From: Takakia lepidozioides
Taxonomy: Eukaryota; Plantae; Bryophyta
NCBI GenBank assembly: GCA_030704615.1
Contig: CM060734.1
Location: 59,024,001-59,088,000, forward strand
Length of the DNA: 64,000 bases
Direction of reading: 5' to 3'
Part shown: positions 39,501 to 51,436 of the stretch, piece after piece
Layout: the number at the start of each line of letters is the position of its first letter
Position numbering within the stretch: position 1 is the first letter of the stretch
Notes under the pieces: model-generated
The model's input: only the letters and a program-made list of their open reading frames with translations
Databases searched by the model: none
What the model was told of the DNA's origin: nothing
Position numbers and translations under genes: made by a program

Positions 39501-42500
39501 GCAGAAGAGAAGTCTCGAAAAGAAAAAGCTCTCACAAAGTGCCTACACGTCTGTCAGTTCCAAATGCAGAGTGGCAGGGACGACCCACAAGCCTACATCT
39601 CGTATAAGGCTGCCAAGCAAAACCTCTCGCTGCTATTCCATGATAGAGAACAATTTATTAAAATTAAGGCTGGGGTTAATTGGTCTCTCAAGGGGGAGAA
39701 AATGTAAATATTTTTTTGCTAAGGCAGCTCAGCGTAGAGCCTCCACCTTGATTCCTTCCTTGCGTGATGTGTTGGGTCTGCCCGCCTCTATCCACAGAAG
39801 ATGTCACCATTGCTGCTGATTTGCTTCATGATGCTCTTTGAAAAGAGACCCCATTCCTCTGATGGAAGAAGCCAGAAGCACTTTCTGAATAATATCCCCA
39901 TGTTCGCTATCGTATGGTAATGGCCAAGATGGCAGAGCCTTTTTCTGAAGAAGAGTTGGGCAAAGCAGTGGATGCTTAGGCTCTAAGAAAAGTCCCGGCC
40001 TGATGGCTGCGCGATTGACTTCTTTAAGACCCTTGGCCAACCATTGGGGGGATTTCGTGCACTGGCTCAGATATTTTGGCAGAGAGGTGATGCCCCTCAG
40101 ATGTCTGAAGGTCTACACCCATCTACTAAAAAGGATGAGAGAGACAATGTGGCTATAACTACCGTCCCGCCCCTCACACTTCTCAATTCTATTACAAAAT
40201 TATCGCCAAGACACTGGCTTTAAGGTTGCAACCCTTGCTAGCTAGAATCATAAGAAAGGACCGAATGGTTTTCCTCAAAGATCGCATGATAGTGGACACA
40301 ACATTTGTTGGTACCATGAGGCCACTTCCCAGAGCTACTCTGAATAACCAACCCCTTGCCCTCCTCATGCTAGACTTCAAGACCGCTTTGATTCTTAGAT
40401 TGTGCCTTTCTGCTGGCAGCTTTGCATAAGGCTGGTCTTGGTGGCCATTTCTCATCCTGGGTGAAAATTCTGCTTGAGTCTGCTTCTAGTAAAGTTCTGT
40501 TAATGAGTGGATCTTCAAATCTTTTCCTATTTGCTAGATCAGTTAGGCAAGGGTGCCCATTGGCACCCTTCATCTGTCTGATTGTTGCAGACGCGTGGGC
40601 ATCTGTTTCAAGCTAGACAAGACATCATGGGCCTCAACTACCAAACTTTGTGCCAGAAATGGTCAAACTATCCATGTATGCTGACGACACACTACTCTTT
40701 TGCTGACCAACTCCACCCAAGACAATATTGACATATTAATAAGAGCTCTGCAGCTTTGCAAATTTTTTGCTTGGGGTCTGGTTGAAAATCAATTGAGGAA
40801 TCCATAGGCCTCCTCTCCTTGTTACCAAAACCAGGCCCTTTCCTCGCATTGCGATTCTTGGGGACATGCCATTGGCCTGAATTGGCTTCAAGAGGGAGAG
40901 TTCCCCAATACGAGCCATCACTTGGTATAAACAGACCAGAATGTAGAATGCAGGCAGTCATATTGTTTTGCAAGCTAAGGATAGAGAACTTTGGCCCATT
41001 GGAGCTCCTCCATGCTCTCCATTGCACGGAGAGCCCTGGTGCCCAACCAAGTGCTCCTGCTTCCCACATGGTTTTCTGCGGCTGTCTGGGACCGGGTCAT
41101 CAATGGTGAAAGAAATAAAGGCTCTGATTTGGAATTTCATATGGGGTGCGACCACACAAGCGCCAGTGAGAAGAGCCCTCTTCTCTTGGGAGCAGTTGTG
41201 CCAACCCCAATCCAAAGGAGGGCTCGGGATTCTTGATCCGACAAGGCAGATAAAAGCACTTTTGGCCAAATGGATACCTCGCGCCTCGCTGACATCGCCC
41301 ACAGCCCCTGGAGCAACTTATTCAACCCTACCTGATGGGAGCCATGCCCTTTCCTCTCCTCTATGGGTCAATCATGCGCTGGATTGTTCAAAGGCAAGAA
41401 CGCAACTTGCATATGGGGCTCGCCCTGGCAGTCTATATGGGCAGCAGGGGCAATTCTGTAAGGTGCTCCTGACTCAAAGCCCCCCCACAAATTTGGCTGA
41501 GGCTCCCATGACAACTCTTTTTGGAAAATGCTAATTTGGATTCTGAACTGTTATTGCTTCAAAGGCCAAAATGGAGATTTTGGGAACACTGTGGCTTTAC
41601 CCACATAGGTAGTATATGGGAGCAGGATCAATTCAACTCGGAAGATACAGTAACTCACCTGGATGGCACCCGTCGGCCACGGCTTGGCCAAACTGCTTGC
41701 AGAGATACCAAATTGCATGGTTCCTTTACTTATGCAGATCAGACCCTGGACCTGCCCAGGTGGATGGCTATAAAGCCAATGGCGAGAGTGTTGTCATGCT
41801 TGTCCTCTCTCTACAGGATCAAACTGCTTCCGGTTTTGCTTTTGCTGCAGTCCGTGAGGGCGGGGTCTGCAGATGCGAGGGGTCTTTTGGATTGGACAGG
41901 AAATTCATTGTTCCAATACGGGATGGTGGATGGGGCAGGAAACACCACACCTAACCCCCGCACTGGGACATGAAGTGCGATGGGCTTCACAATCTACTTT
42001 CACCTGGTTTCTTTCATGCCCCTGGCTGCCCTGCAGTTGGACCTGGGGAGTGGAGATGGAAGGACAACCAAAAATCCCCTTTTCTCTTATTCTGCTAAGA
42101 AGGGTTACTTGATGTTGAAACCAGCCATGTCCTTCCTTTCCAAGTGGATAGAAAAGTGGGGTCACTTAAATCTGGCGCAGGCCAGCTGGGACCTGATAAT
42201 GGAAGGATACCGGGAAGAAGGAGAGAGCAGCCAAGATTTCGAGCTTTTTGTGGAAGCTTGCGCATAGAGTTTTACCCGTGAATGCTAAGACCTTCTCAAA
42301 CATACCTCCTGCAGCTTGTGTAATGCTTGCCAGAATCGATAGAACCTGATTGACTGGATGTCAATTCTTCTCTAACATTGGTAAGCAGTGATGCGTCTAT
42401 GACCAACTGGGCATCTTTACAATCTCCCCCACCCTCCTGTGTTGCTTCTGAACATCTGCCTGACCAAACTCTATGCTAACTGCCCTGTCTGGACACGTCT

Positions 42501-43520
42501 TAGGGCATATCTGTGGAACATTTGGAAAGCTAGGTGCCATTTGTGTAGAGGGCAACAGGGTAGGCAAGCCTTTTTTGGCATATATCAGACCTGCTTACTG
42601 AGGGGAAAAAGAATGGGGCGTAATGTCTGCAGACTATGTCCACATCTTCAGAATGGTGGGAGGACCTCCCTCACTGTTTCAACAGTCGCTGGGGTAAAAA
42701 TGGCATTCTCGGAGCCAGGGTTTCCAACGAGCGCTTTTGCTGGCAAATCTCCACTCCAACTACATGGGATGTCTCCTGGTGATGGAAGGGGACTTCAATT
42801 GGAGGCCCAGAAGCCTCGATGCAAGTCTCGCACAATTGCGCTTCTAGATGGCTTCCTTTCCATGTCAATGCCTTTCTTACGATTCTAAGCATTTTTCGCA
42901 TGCAGGCCCTGTTGGGATCACCTCCTGCAGATCTGTGTCCACCTCGGTTTGCCAGCACGCGGGTGGGGCCTTGGTATCTTTCTTTTTAGTTCTGCTGCCG
43001 GCCAGTTGGTTATGGGACTTTCTTCTCCTTCAGTCTGGGTTTCAGCCTAGGGCCATGGGATATGCAGGTAAATTCTCTTAAGGCTTATCTGAAGCCTGCA
43101 TCTCTGGCAAGCAGGCGATGGGGCCTTGGTATTTGTTGTTAGAGTCTGCAGCTTCGGCCAGTGTTATGGGGACTTTTTTCTTTCAGTTTGGGGTTTTCAG
43201 CCTAGGGCCATTGTGTCTGCAGTCTCAATTTCTCTTTAGGCTTACCGGAACTGCATCTCTCAGTGGCTTCCTTGACGCTGCTTACCAGCATCTCCCGACG
43301 CTTTGTTACTGTCCATCTCTATCTCCTTACCGGACGTGCTGCTATCTGCTTTGCGTGGCTTCTTTCATATAGCTCGTTTGATATGGTACGGGGTGTTTCC
43401 TTCAGTTAGCCTTCCGGCCTCCCTGGTGGTATTTTCCACCTTATGTGAACTTATTATTAATTTGAACAGGGCCTCTTCCCTTTATGGTTTTTTATTAAAA
43501 AAACACTCTTAAAAAAAGAG
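36530..43520 (+). mobile_element. Degenerate L1-type LINE retrotransposon (ORF1 DUF4283 + zinc knuckle; ORF2 APE endonuclease, RT, zf-RVT)
   Basis: ORF1: GRGFYLALFCSPEEAEAAL..FPWS, CFLCNGEGHIWANC (CCHC). ORF2 from 38569: SWNIRG, FLQEHKL, GGTAI, LNIYAP, GDNFN, ARLDRFY; RT: NYRP, KIIAKTLALRLQPLL, LDFK, RQGCPLAPF, YADDT; many stops and frameshifts; A-rich tail at ~43495-43518. Confidence 0.92.
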
Positions 43521-45151
43521 AAGATAAGTTACCATTCCTTCTAGAAGTATATAAATTGAGCTTTTTGTACTGCATATTAATAACTTCTTGCATTGGATTA
43601 CGCTTGTAGAACTATCTGCTTTTAGATTATTTTAGCTTGGAATCGAAACTTCAATGCCACTCAATGTGCAGGACACAAGCCCAGAGCAGCAAAGGGACAA
43701 AGAAGTAAGAAGTGTCCAAGCTGAGTGCAACTGTCAAGGCAAGGACGTCAAACCGGTCATTCTGGTACAATTCAGACAGAAAAAGATTTGCACAGAAGGC
43801 ACACCGGATATTCTTTCTCCGAGAGAGTATATAAGGAGGAAGAGGAGACAACAATTTGATAACGTGTGTGTGTGGCAGCCATCATATAGTGCAGTTGTGA
43901 TTGAGGAGCTGACTGAACCTGCAGGCCTCTGCTGGACGACCAGGCAGGTGGAAGATTTATCTGGAATAAGACAATCAAGGGATGAAAATACCGTTGAGAA
44001 GGAGGTCACTGATGGGTCTCCAATTGTTGAGGATATGCAGACGCGTGTGTGCGTTCATCACACCCACAGGATTGTAGAGAAATCAGAGCGGGGGTGGTTG
44101 GAGCCAGGAGAGCAGGTGTCAGAAACCCGGATCCAAACCCTGCGGGCTCCTTAGAAAGGGCCTACCGCACAACACTGGTCCACACTGGGGGGTTTCCCCA
44201 TGAGAATCAGAACTCAGCCATAGCCGCAGAGAGAATGGAGTAGAGCCTGTTCCTGCCTTCTTGGCCTACAACAACACCAACTGACCCAACAGCTCTCGGT
44301 GACTAACCCATGGCATATACAAGGACCCTTGATAACAAGACTTCAATCTCGTAAAAATTTAGTCAGATCCAGATGCATAGAACCAATTAGGTAACATCAG
44401 TATTTTATTCAATGGAGGTAGTATTGGTCTTGCCCCCTAAACTATGCATCGAGGCCAATGACACACTCCAAATCCAATTCCTCGGCACATTTCAACCATT
44501 GGCTTCACGTTCCAATGCTCAATTCACCTGCAGGACAGCATCACAGAAGTGCAACAAGTGAACATCTCTTCTCAAAACTAAGGGACCTCATACCAGTACA
44601 ATGGACCTTGCCTGGCTTACATTGACTTATAGAAACAAAACCTTATTAATCACATCAAACTTCCAACCAGATGGGATCAAAGACAAAAAAGTTCAGAATC
44701 AAAATAGAGGTGGAAACCTGCATAAACCATCAAGGACATGAGATTCATTAGATACCTGTCTGATGTCAAGAATCCAGAGGCAGAAATATTTGTTACAGAC
44801 ACCGCATTTCAGATATCATAACAATTCAAGCAGATAGTTTATAGCCAAATCTGAACTGAGATTCAATTAGCTGGAAAATTAAGGCATTTGAGGCCAGATG
44901 ATGCTGCCCAGATCCCACATTCCTGTCACTGTGGCTGCAACATAAACTTCTACTGCCCTACCAAGATAGTAAACAGAATCATGTCCAAAACACATTCAGT
45001 GGACTGAATGTTCAGTTGAAGCTTCAACACTCAAACTCTCTCCTGTGAAATGCAAGAATAATAAACCAAACATTAACTCAGCATATATGGCCAGAGAAAC
45101 CTACCTAAAACACATCAGTTAGAAAATCGCTCCAACTGAGGAGCTTGGCCG

Positions 45152-45472
45152 TTACTTGTGAGCATTAGGGTTTACAAACGATGACTTCTGGGCGTCCGCC
45201 GCTGCACAAACAGCAAAACAGGAAGTTATTGGTGAAGATACTGAGGATATGCCATCGTAACTGAACCAAGAGCAAGGTTGGGAGCCTGGAATCTCAAAAT
45301 GGAGGTCAGAAATCGATCACAACAAGAGAGGATGCTTACGATCGAGGCTCGTGCTCAGCTTGAGGATAAGGCCGACAGTGACACCGAAGCCAAACACGAA
45401 AGGCCAGTTCCTCCGCGCCTCAGAAAATGCCACCACCAACGCCGGCCTCCCTACGATGGGCGTGGGAGCCAT
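45152..45472 (-). CDS. Mitochondrial ATP synthase 6 kDa subunit (plant type; exons 45472-45340, 45201-45152; 60 aa)
   Basis: Spliced product MAPTPIVGRPALVVAFSEARRNWPFVFGFGVTVGLILKLSTSLDPADAQKSSFVNPNAHK; the WPFxxGFxVTxxLIxKLxxxL...D..xS.FV pattern is typical of this subunit; phase-1 intron is compatible. Confidence 0.85.
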
Positions 45473-45779
45473 GACCGCTTCTTCTCTCACCACAACCAAA
45501 CCCTTGCTAACACACAACACTCTCTGCGATGGCGATGCTCTCAAACCCTCTCCTCCCTTCCTGCACCTTCGCAAACCCTTCCAGTATTTCTCCTGCTTAT
45601 CAGCCGTCGATGGTTTCACGGCCCCGGTCCTTATTTTTTCGGCCTCCGTTGCCTTTTTCCACAAACAAAAAAAAAGCACGACAGGGCTGTAGCCCGCTGG
45701 TAAAGACATTGTGCATTGGCCTGTGGGTCTGGGGTTCAAACTTCAAACCCCTGTCAGGGTCAGGTAAGACGTGACACAC

Positions 45780-46260
45780 ACTTGGGCCTTGAGTGACAGC
45801 GGCTCTTATACAGCTTCTATAATGTGGGGCCTTGTGGGTCCAGAGAGAGCATTTGGTCCCTTGGGCATATATAGCAAGCTGAACTGGTTTTTCTTTGTTA
45901 ACTAGGAAATCCTTCCACAAGGCAACTTGGATTCGGTACATCAACTGGTCTGTGCCCTTACATGGGGCTCAATTCATACCTCAGCTATCAACACCATCAT
46001 GTGGCTTACAGCCAGACCCATCTTCAATTGCTTTATTTTCCGCTACCGCAAATCTTGGCAGCAGCAGTGACAACTACGTGCTCTCTGCTGCTCTGGATGC
46101 AGGGACAGCCTACATGGGAATTGCAATCTGGGTATTCCTTGGCAGTGCCAACAGAGCTGTACTGGATTGGTGTGGAAACCATGGTGATCACTGCCCTCTA
46201 GCTCACTGCCCTACAGCTCCTGGAATATCTGTTAAGGGTTGCCCAAGAGATTCATACCAT
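45780..46260 (+). pseudogene. Oligopeptide transporter (OPT) C-terminal fragment
   Basis: YTASIMWGLVGPERAFGPLGIYSKLNWFF, WIRYINW, FRYRKSW, NYVLSAALDAGTAYMG, DHCPLAHCPTAPGISVKGCP (plant OPT C-terminus); internal deletions and frameshifts; no N-terminal part on this strand. Confidence 0.88.
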
Positions 46261-47171
46261 ATACACCATCAGTGGTCTGCATATTTACATTTCTGTCTAC
46301 TACCTCCTACTGTGGGCCTTGAGGTGAGTACAGATGCAGGTGCTCTGAAGTCCTGGATTTAATCATCCTCCACCTCATTCAACATTCAGATCCAAATATG
46401 AAAGGTCAAACACTAATCTTGTGAACAATCAATCGTCACAGAGATCTAAGGTTCTCTCCAGCAACAATCCCATATACAAGAAATCTTGTGAATCAAGTAG
46501 GTCTGAGTTATGTTGTGCCCCTTAAAAAGGCCACCTCCCTCCATCCTCTTTCTATTGGTGTGTGTACAAACGCGATGGACTATCAGGTAGCAATTGTACA
46601 AAACTAGTTTTGAAAGTTGACCTTGACCTTCAAGGACGGGTTGGGGTTAGGTAGTTGTGAAATTGGAAGTTTAATGCCAAGCTTTGCAACTTGGTGAGGT
46701 ATTGAATTTGAGAGTGATTAATTAAGGCAATGATCCCCCTCAAGAACCTGGCTTTGTGCAATCTTCTAGGGATCCCTTGTCGAACCCTACATGTTCCAAT
46801 CTGCATAACTTCAGTCATGCCTCCATGCAATATAACAGGAGCAATAAGGCTTTGTGACACTTCAGTTATCCTTATCAACATGGGCAGCTCACAAAATGTG
46901 CAGTACTTGTTGTCACTTTCAATACTACAGATCGAGCCATTCATGTTCACTCTTTACTTACAAATGGAATACCATGACCTTTTCTGACCTCACAGTTAGA
47001 AGGTCGACCACCACCATGCAGGCAAACTGCTCCACTGTTGTTGTGAGCCCCTCATCTCCATTGTGGACTCACAGTAACTCCAAGAGGCCCACATGGCTAC
47101 ATGCAGAGAGAAGTGAGATAAAGGTGATGCCATCTGGCTTCCCGCGCTATTGTGAACATTTGTTCAGAAGT

Positions 47172-47311
47172 CCTGCTTTCCATACCAATGCTGACCACAT
47201 CCTGACACTTCATGAAACCACACCTCATGTAGCCAACACTTGATGCGCATCCTTCATGCTCCCCCTTTTGGCATACATGTCAACAAGGGCAGTCTTCAGA
47301 GTGATATCTGC
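47172..47311 (-). pseudogene. PPR fragment (S motif plus decayed P2), resembling 50150-50305 of the neighbouring DYW gene
   Basis: ADITLKTALVDMYAKRGSMKDAHQV versus ADITLETALVDMYAKCGSMKDAHQV in the 49280-51436 ORF. Confidence 0.85.
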
Positions 47312-47680
47312 TGCCATTGGCTTCCCTGATAACAGATAGCCCATAATGTACTCTGAGATTAAGGTGATGCTCGGTGCCTAGGTCCACAGATATGCCAACC
47401 GACTGTAAGATAAAAGGGTGCATTCCAGGATCAAGCTTTTATGAAACCTATCCTTGGCAAGAAGCTGTTAATGGTGGATTTACTGTTGCAATGAGGCAAG
47501 AGCATACCTTGTTTGCTGTGGCAATGAGCACTCCAAAGGGAAGTATGAACACAGTAGCGATGGCGCATTCCATTATGACAGCCCACCAAGGAAGCTGCTG
47601 TTGTTCCTTGAAGACCTCGACCCCGACGATGGCCAGTACCATTGAACTAATCAACACAATCAGGAACCACTGTTGCCTCA
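47312..47680 (-). pseudogene. OPT central fragment with retained intron (47507-47378)
   Basis: QQWFLIVL...QQLPWWAVIMECAIATVFILPFGVLIATANK | APSITLISEYIMGYLLSGKPMA matches OPT QLPWWG...TLPIG.I.ATTNQ/xPGLNIITEYIIGY..PG.P.A. Confidence 0.85.
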
Positions 47681-47775
47681 AGTGGTTACCGGCCCTACAC
47701 CCCACACTCAACTGAAATGCTCCATGTCGACCTCTATTTGAGAGTCCCGTCCCGATCGCTCGATTCAACTTTAGT

Positions 47776-48063
47776 CTATTTTACACTATGACGAAAACCC
47801 CGAAAACAACCAATACTGATCAAATGTTTTATATCACCCTGAATGGCTCTCTTCAAGTCTGAATCAACCAAGTGATTCTGGCTTGCAATTTTAACAATTT
47901 GGTCGATCTGAAACTTAGTCAGCTTATTCACCTTGATGTTTTCAGGGAGACCCAACTGATCACAAAGCTGAGCCGCCTTTGCCTTCCCAATCCCAAACAC
48001 CTGAGTCAGAGCGTACCTCACTTGCTTGTTTGCGACTAAATAAGTTCCCAAAACATACGACAT
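47776..48063 (-). pseudogene. rps13: Mitochondrial-type ribosomal protein S13, C-terminally truncated nuclear copy
   Basis: MSYVLGT...QVRYALTQVFGIG..KA.QLCDQLG...KVNKLTKFQIDQI...DLKRAIQGDIKHLISIGCFRGFRH, then stop; the conserved GLPxRGQRTHTNA tail was not found downstream. Confidence 0.85.
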
Positions 48064-48477
48064 GACTATTTACTATGACTTCAATCTCCTCACACAGACA
48101 TTCACCTCAGATCCCACACCGCAGACAGACACCTCGCACGCAGCACCACATGCAAACAACAAAGCACAGAGTGACCAAGAAGAAGAAGACGACGATAGCA
48201 TAAGGGTTAGGTCAAAGGTACAGTGTTCCCACGCATTTTTTCTGTTTTTGTTTGTTTTTGATGAAATTGGACGGAGGCCTTTTAATCGTAGTAGCTACAC
48301 GGATAACACCTACGCAAGGCTGAAAGCTTTGGAGCTTTTCTCTCCCAGAGAGATGGTCTCAGCGATGGTCTGTTGTGTGAGTAGTGAGTATTTGACACTT
48401 GGGGTGTGGACAATGCACACTGTTTGCGCGTTGCAGTCTGTACAGACATGAATCTGCATAGAGTAGAAGTTGTACTA

Positions 48478-48608
48478 AACTAGGCTTGTTCATGGAAGCT
48501 TTGGAGTGGGATGTTCTTTCCTCAGCTTCGATTTCGACAGTGGAGATAAAACTAGGCTTGTTCATGGAAGCCTTTCCTCAGCTTCGATTTCGACAGTGGA
48601 GATAAAAC
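48478..48608 (+). repeat. Local direct tandem duplication (~70 bp, second copy with internal deletion)
   Basis: aactaggcttgttcatggaagc...tttcctcagcttcgatttcgacagtggagataaaac occurs twice in tandem. Confidence 0.85.
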
Positions 48609-49279
48609 CTAACCGTATCTAAGAGAATGGAATCGTTTCTCGTAGCCTTGTCCCACGCCCAGTTTGAGGGTTCAGTCCTCCACTAGTGGGACCGTATATT
48701 TAAGAGAGAGATGAGTACTTCTGTTGGTTGTCTTTGACTAATTGGGAACTGAATCAGATGTATGGACCTGATTGTCCACCTCAATGCAGCTGCTCCGGAA
48801 AGGATACCCGTGTTCTTCAATCATTCCACCACCAATCTGATGAATCAAGTTTGAGAGTGATTACTTTTTTTCCATCCAATATGAATAACATGCCGTCAAA
48901 TCCTCTCGAGGACCTTCTCAAAGTCCCTGGTTTTCTGCACTCTTGTGGGGATCCCCTTTGGAAAGTTCCAATCCCTTGATTTCATTTTCCTGTTGCCACA
49001 TTGGCAGTAACATGCCAAAATCACTCCAAGTTGCACTAGATCCACCCCCTGAGCTAGACTGGAGAATTCAACATGAAAAATTAGGGTCTACTCTGATAAG
49101 AGGGCAAGGATTTTCTCCACCTGTGCCTCAAGAACTCCTCTACAAAAAGTTTTTCTGGTGATTGTTGCACTCACTACCACAAATCTGTTCTTTCATTTTC
49201 ACTCTTTACTTCACAATGACTTGACGTTCTCGGACCTGCATTTGAAGGGAATCACTTTCTTCCACTTATGCTGGTCAGT

Positions 49280-51436
49280 TCACCAGTAATCCCCACAGGA
49301 ACAAAGCCCATCTTCGAAGTGGTGAAAACGGTTGGCATCCCGTACAACAATTCCTCGCCCAGCAATCTTCGAGATGAACTTGGTGGCAGCGTGGCAGTCC
49401 CCACACACCCGAAGGTTCTTGATGATGCGAATAGGTGTCCCGGGGGGCGTGCTGATGAGTCCAAAAGCAATGGCCAGCTTCTCACTGTGGTGGCAAAGAG
49501 ACAACTCCTTGCGCTCCTCCTCCATATCATGCAATACAAAGCGAGTGTCAGGGACATACCCAGCCTCCTTCATCTGCCCAGACAATCTCCTCAGCTCAGT
49601 GTGGATTTCCTCAATTTTTGGATGCACTTTGTCTTCTACAAAGAATGTATGGACCTGATTATCCACCTCAATGCAGCTGCTCCCTGGCACCTTCTTGATA
49701 CCTCTGTCCTCCATCATCTTTCTCACCTTTGCAGAATCCTGCCACCTGCCAACTGCGGCATAGATGTTTGATAGCAGCACATAAATTCCAGCATCCCGTG
49801 GATCCCACTTGAGAAGGCATTTCGCCGCATGTTCTGCCAGCTTGACATTCTCATGAATTCTGCAGGCACCAAGCAAGGCCCCCCACACTGAAGCACCCGG
49901 TTCCATTGGCATGTTGTTTATCAAGTCCTCTGCCTCATCCAATCGCCCTGCACGACCAAGAAGGTCCACCATGCAGGCAAAATGCTGCATAGAAGGAGTG
50001 ACCCCATAATCTCGACTCATGGATTCAAAGTAATGACAGCCTTCATCCACTAGGCCCACATGGCTACACGCAGAGAGAAGAGAGATAAAGGTGATACCAT
50101 CCGGCTTCACGCCTTGTTGTTGCATTTGTTCAAATAGCTGGAGGACCTCATTTCCATACCCATGCTGACCATATCCTCCAATCATCGCACTCCATGAAAC
50201 CACATCTCGCTTGGCCATACTGTTGAACACTTGATGTGCATCTTTCATGCTCCCGCATTTGGCATACATGTCAACAAGGGCAGTCTCCAACGTGATATCT
50301 GCTGCAATCCCCGCTTTTTTAATGTCAGCATGGACCTCTTTGCCTTTTTCCAAGTCTGCCAGGCTGCCACATCCATCAAGAATGCTGATGAATGCGACTC
50401 TGTCAGGCATTACCCCTTCCCGTTGCATTTGCGTATACATCTCGAGAGCCTCCCTACCACACCCATGCTTGACATATCCTGCGATCATCACACTCCATGA
50501 GATGACATTTCGTTTAGCCATTTTGTCAAATACTTGCCGTGAATCCTTCATGCTCCCACATTTGGCATACATATCAGCAAGAGCAGTCTCCAAAATGATT
50601 TGTAGTACAATTCCAGCTTCAAGGATGGCAGCATGGACCTCTTTGCCCTTTTCTAGGGCTCCAAGGCTGGCACACGCATTAACAACACAAGTGAACGTGA
50701 CCCCGTCAGGCATCATCCCTTCCCATTGCATTTGCTCATAAATCACAACAGCCTCCCTCCCACACCCATGCTTGACATATCCTGCTATCATTGTATTCCA
50801 TGTGAACAGATCTCGTTCAGGCATTGTGTCAAAGATTTGGCGTGCATCCACCACACTCCCACACTTTGCATACATGTTGATAAGGGTGTTGCATAGAAAG
50901 ATGTTTGACTTGCATCCACTTTGGCTAATGTGGGCGTGCACCTGCTTTCCTGCTGCTAGGCTTTTTCTCTTGATGCACTCCTGGAGGACATAAATATAAG
51001 TACGAGAGTCTGGACGAATGTCTCCATGCTTCAAAATGTGCAATGCCACTTTGAGCTGTCCTGCCTTACATAGTGTTCTCACATCCCCACAGGCGTCACG
51101 GGAGCTCTTCTTGACCAACTCCCTTGGTCCTTCAAGCCAGGCTGAGTATGGGTGAAATTCCAATTCATCTGAAGGCCGTGTTTGCCCACATTCTGTCCTT
51201 CGACCATACTCTGGACCATTACCAGATATTGCTGGATATTGTATGATGGCTGCGAGCTCTGCTTTCACCCGAGGAGGGTTCGACCAACCCTCAACCCAAA
51301 GGGCCTCCTCTGTGCACTTCTGGTGATCTTGTAGTTTTCTGTAAGAACCACAACCAAGCAGCTGAGCAGCCATTGCTCCAATGACTGCCACACAGACCAG
51401 GCTACAAATACCAAAGCTCCAGGGGAAACCTTGCAC
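49280..51436 (-). CDS. PLS-E-DYW PPR protein (organellar C-to-U RNA editing factor), 11 PPR motifs + E1 + E2 + DYW; true start uncertain
   Basis: PG box KKVPGSSCIEV, HHSEKLAIAFGL (HxE), KNLRVCGDCH (CxxC), RFHHFEDGLCSCGDYW. Track start is GTG; first in-frame ATG at 51373; upstream PDF exons may splice in. Confidence 0.95.
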   Translation of the reverse strand: MQGFPWSFGICSLVCVAVIGAMAAQLLGCGSYRKLQDHQKCTEEALWVEGWSNPPRVKAELAAIIQYPAISGNGPEYGRRTECGQTRPSDELEFHPYSAWLEGPRELVKKSSRDACGDVRTLCKAGQLKVALHILKHGDIRPDSRTYIYVLQECIKRKSLAAGKQVHAHISQSGCKSNIFLCNTLINMYAKCGSVVDARQIFDTMPERDLFTWNTMIAGYVKHGCGREAVVIYEQMQWEGMMPDGVTFTCVVNACASLGALEKGKEVHAAILEAGIVLQIILETALADMYAKCGSMKDSRQVFDKMAKRNVISWSVMIAGYVKHGCGREALEMYTQMQREGVMPDRVAFISILDGCGSLADLEKGKEVHADIKKAGIAADITLETALVDMYAKCGSMKDAHQVFNSMAKRDVVSWSAMIGGYGQHGYGNEVLQLFEQMQQQGVKPDGITFISLLSACSHVGLVDEGCHYFESMSRDYGVTPSMQHFACMVDLLGRAGRLDEAEDLINNMPMEPGASVWGALLGACRIHENVKLAEHAAKCLLKWDPRDAGIYVLLSNIYAAVGRWQDSAKVRKMMEDRGIKKVPGSSCIEVDNQVHTFFVEDKVHPKIEEIHTELRRLSGQMKEAGYVPDTRFVLHDMEEERKELSLCHHSEKLAIAFGLISTPPGTPIRIIKNLRVCGDCHAATKFISKIAGRGIVVRDANRFHHFEDGLCSCGDYW

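Noticed and set aside
43654-44154. 166-aa ORF after the L1 tail
   Set aside because: No recognisable motif or splice support; may be chance or decayed repeat.
49280-49700. DYW:KP-type (U-to-C) editing domain
   Set aside because: It has a PG box, HSEKLA and a DYW terminus, the canonical C-to-U type.
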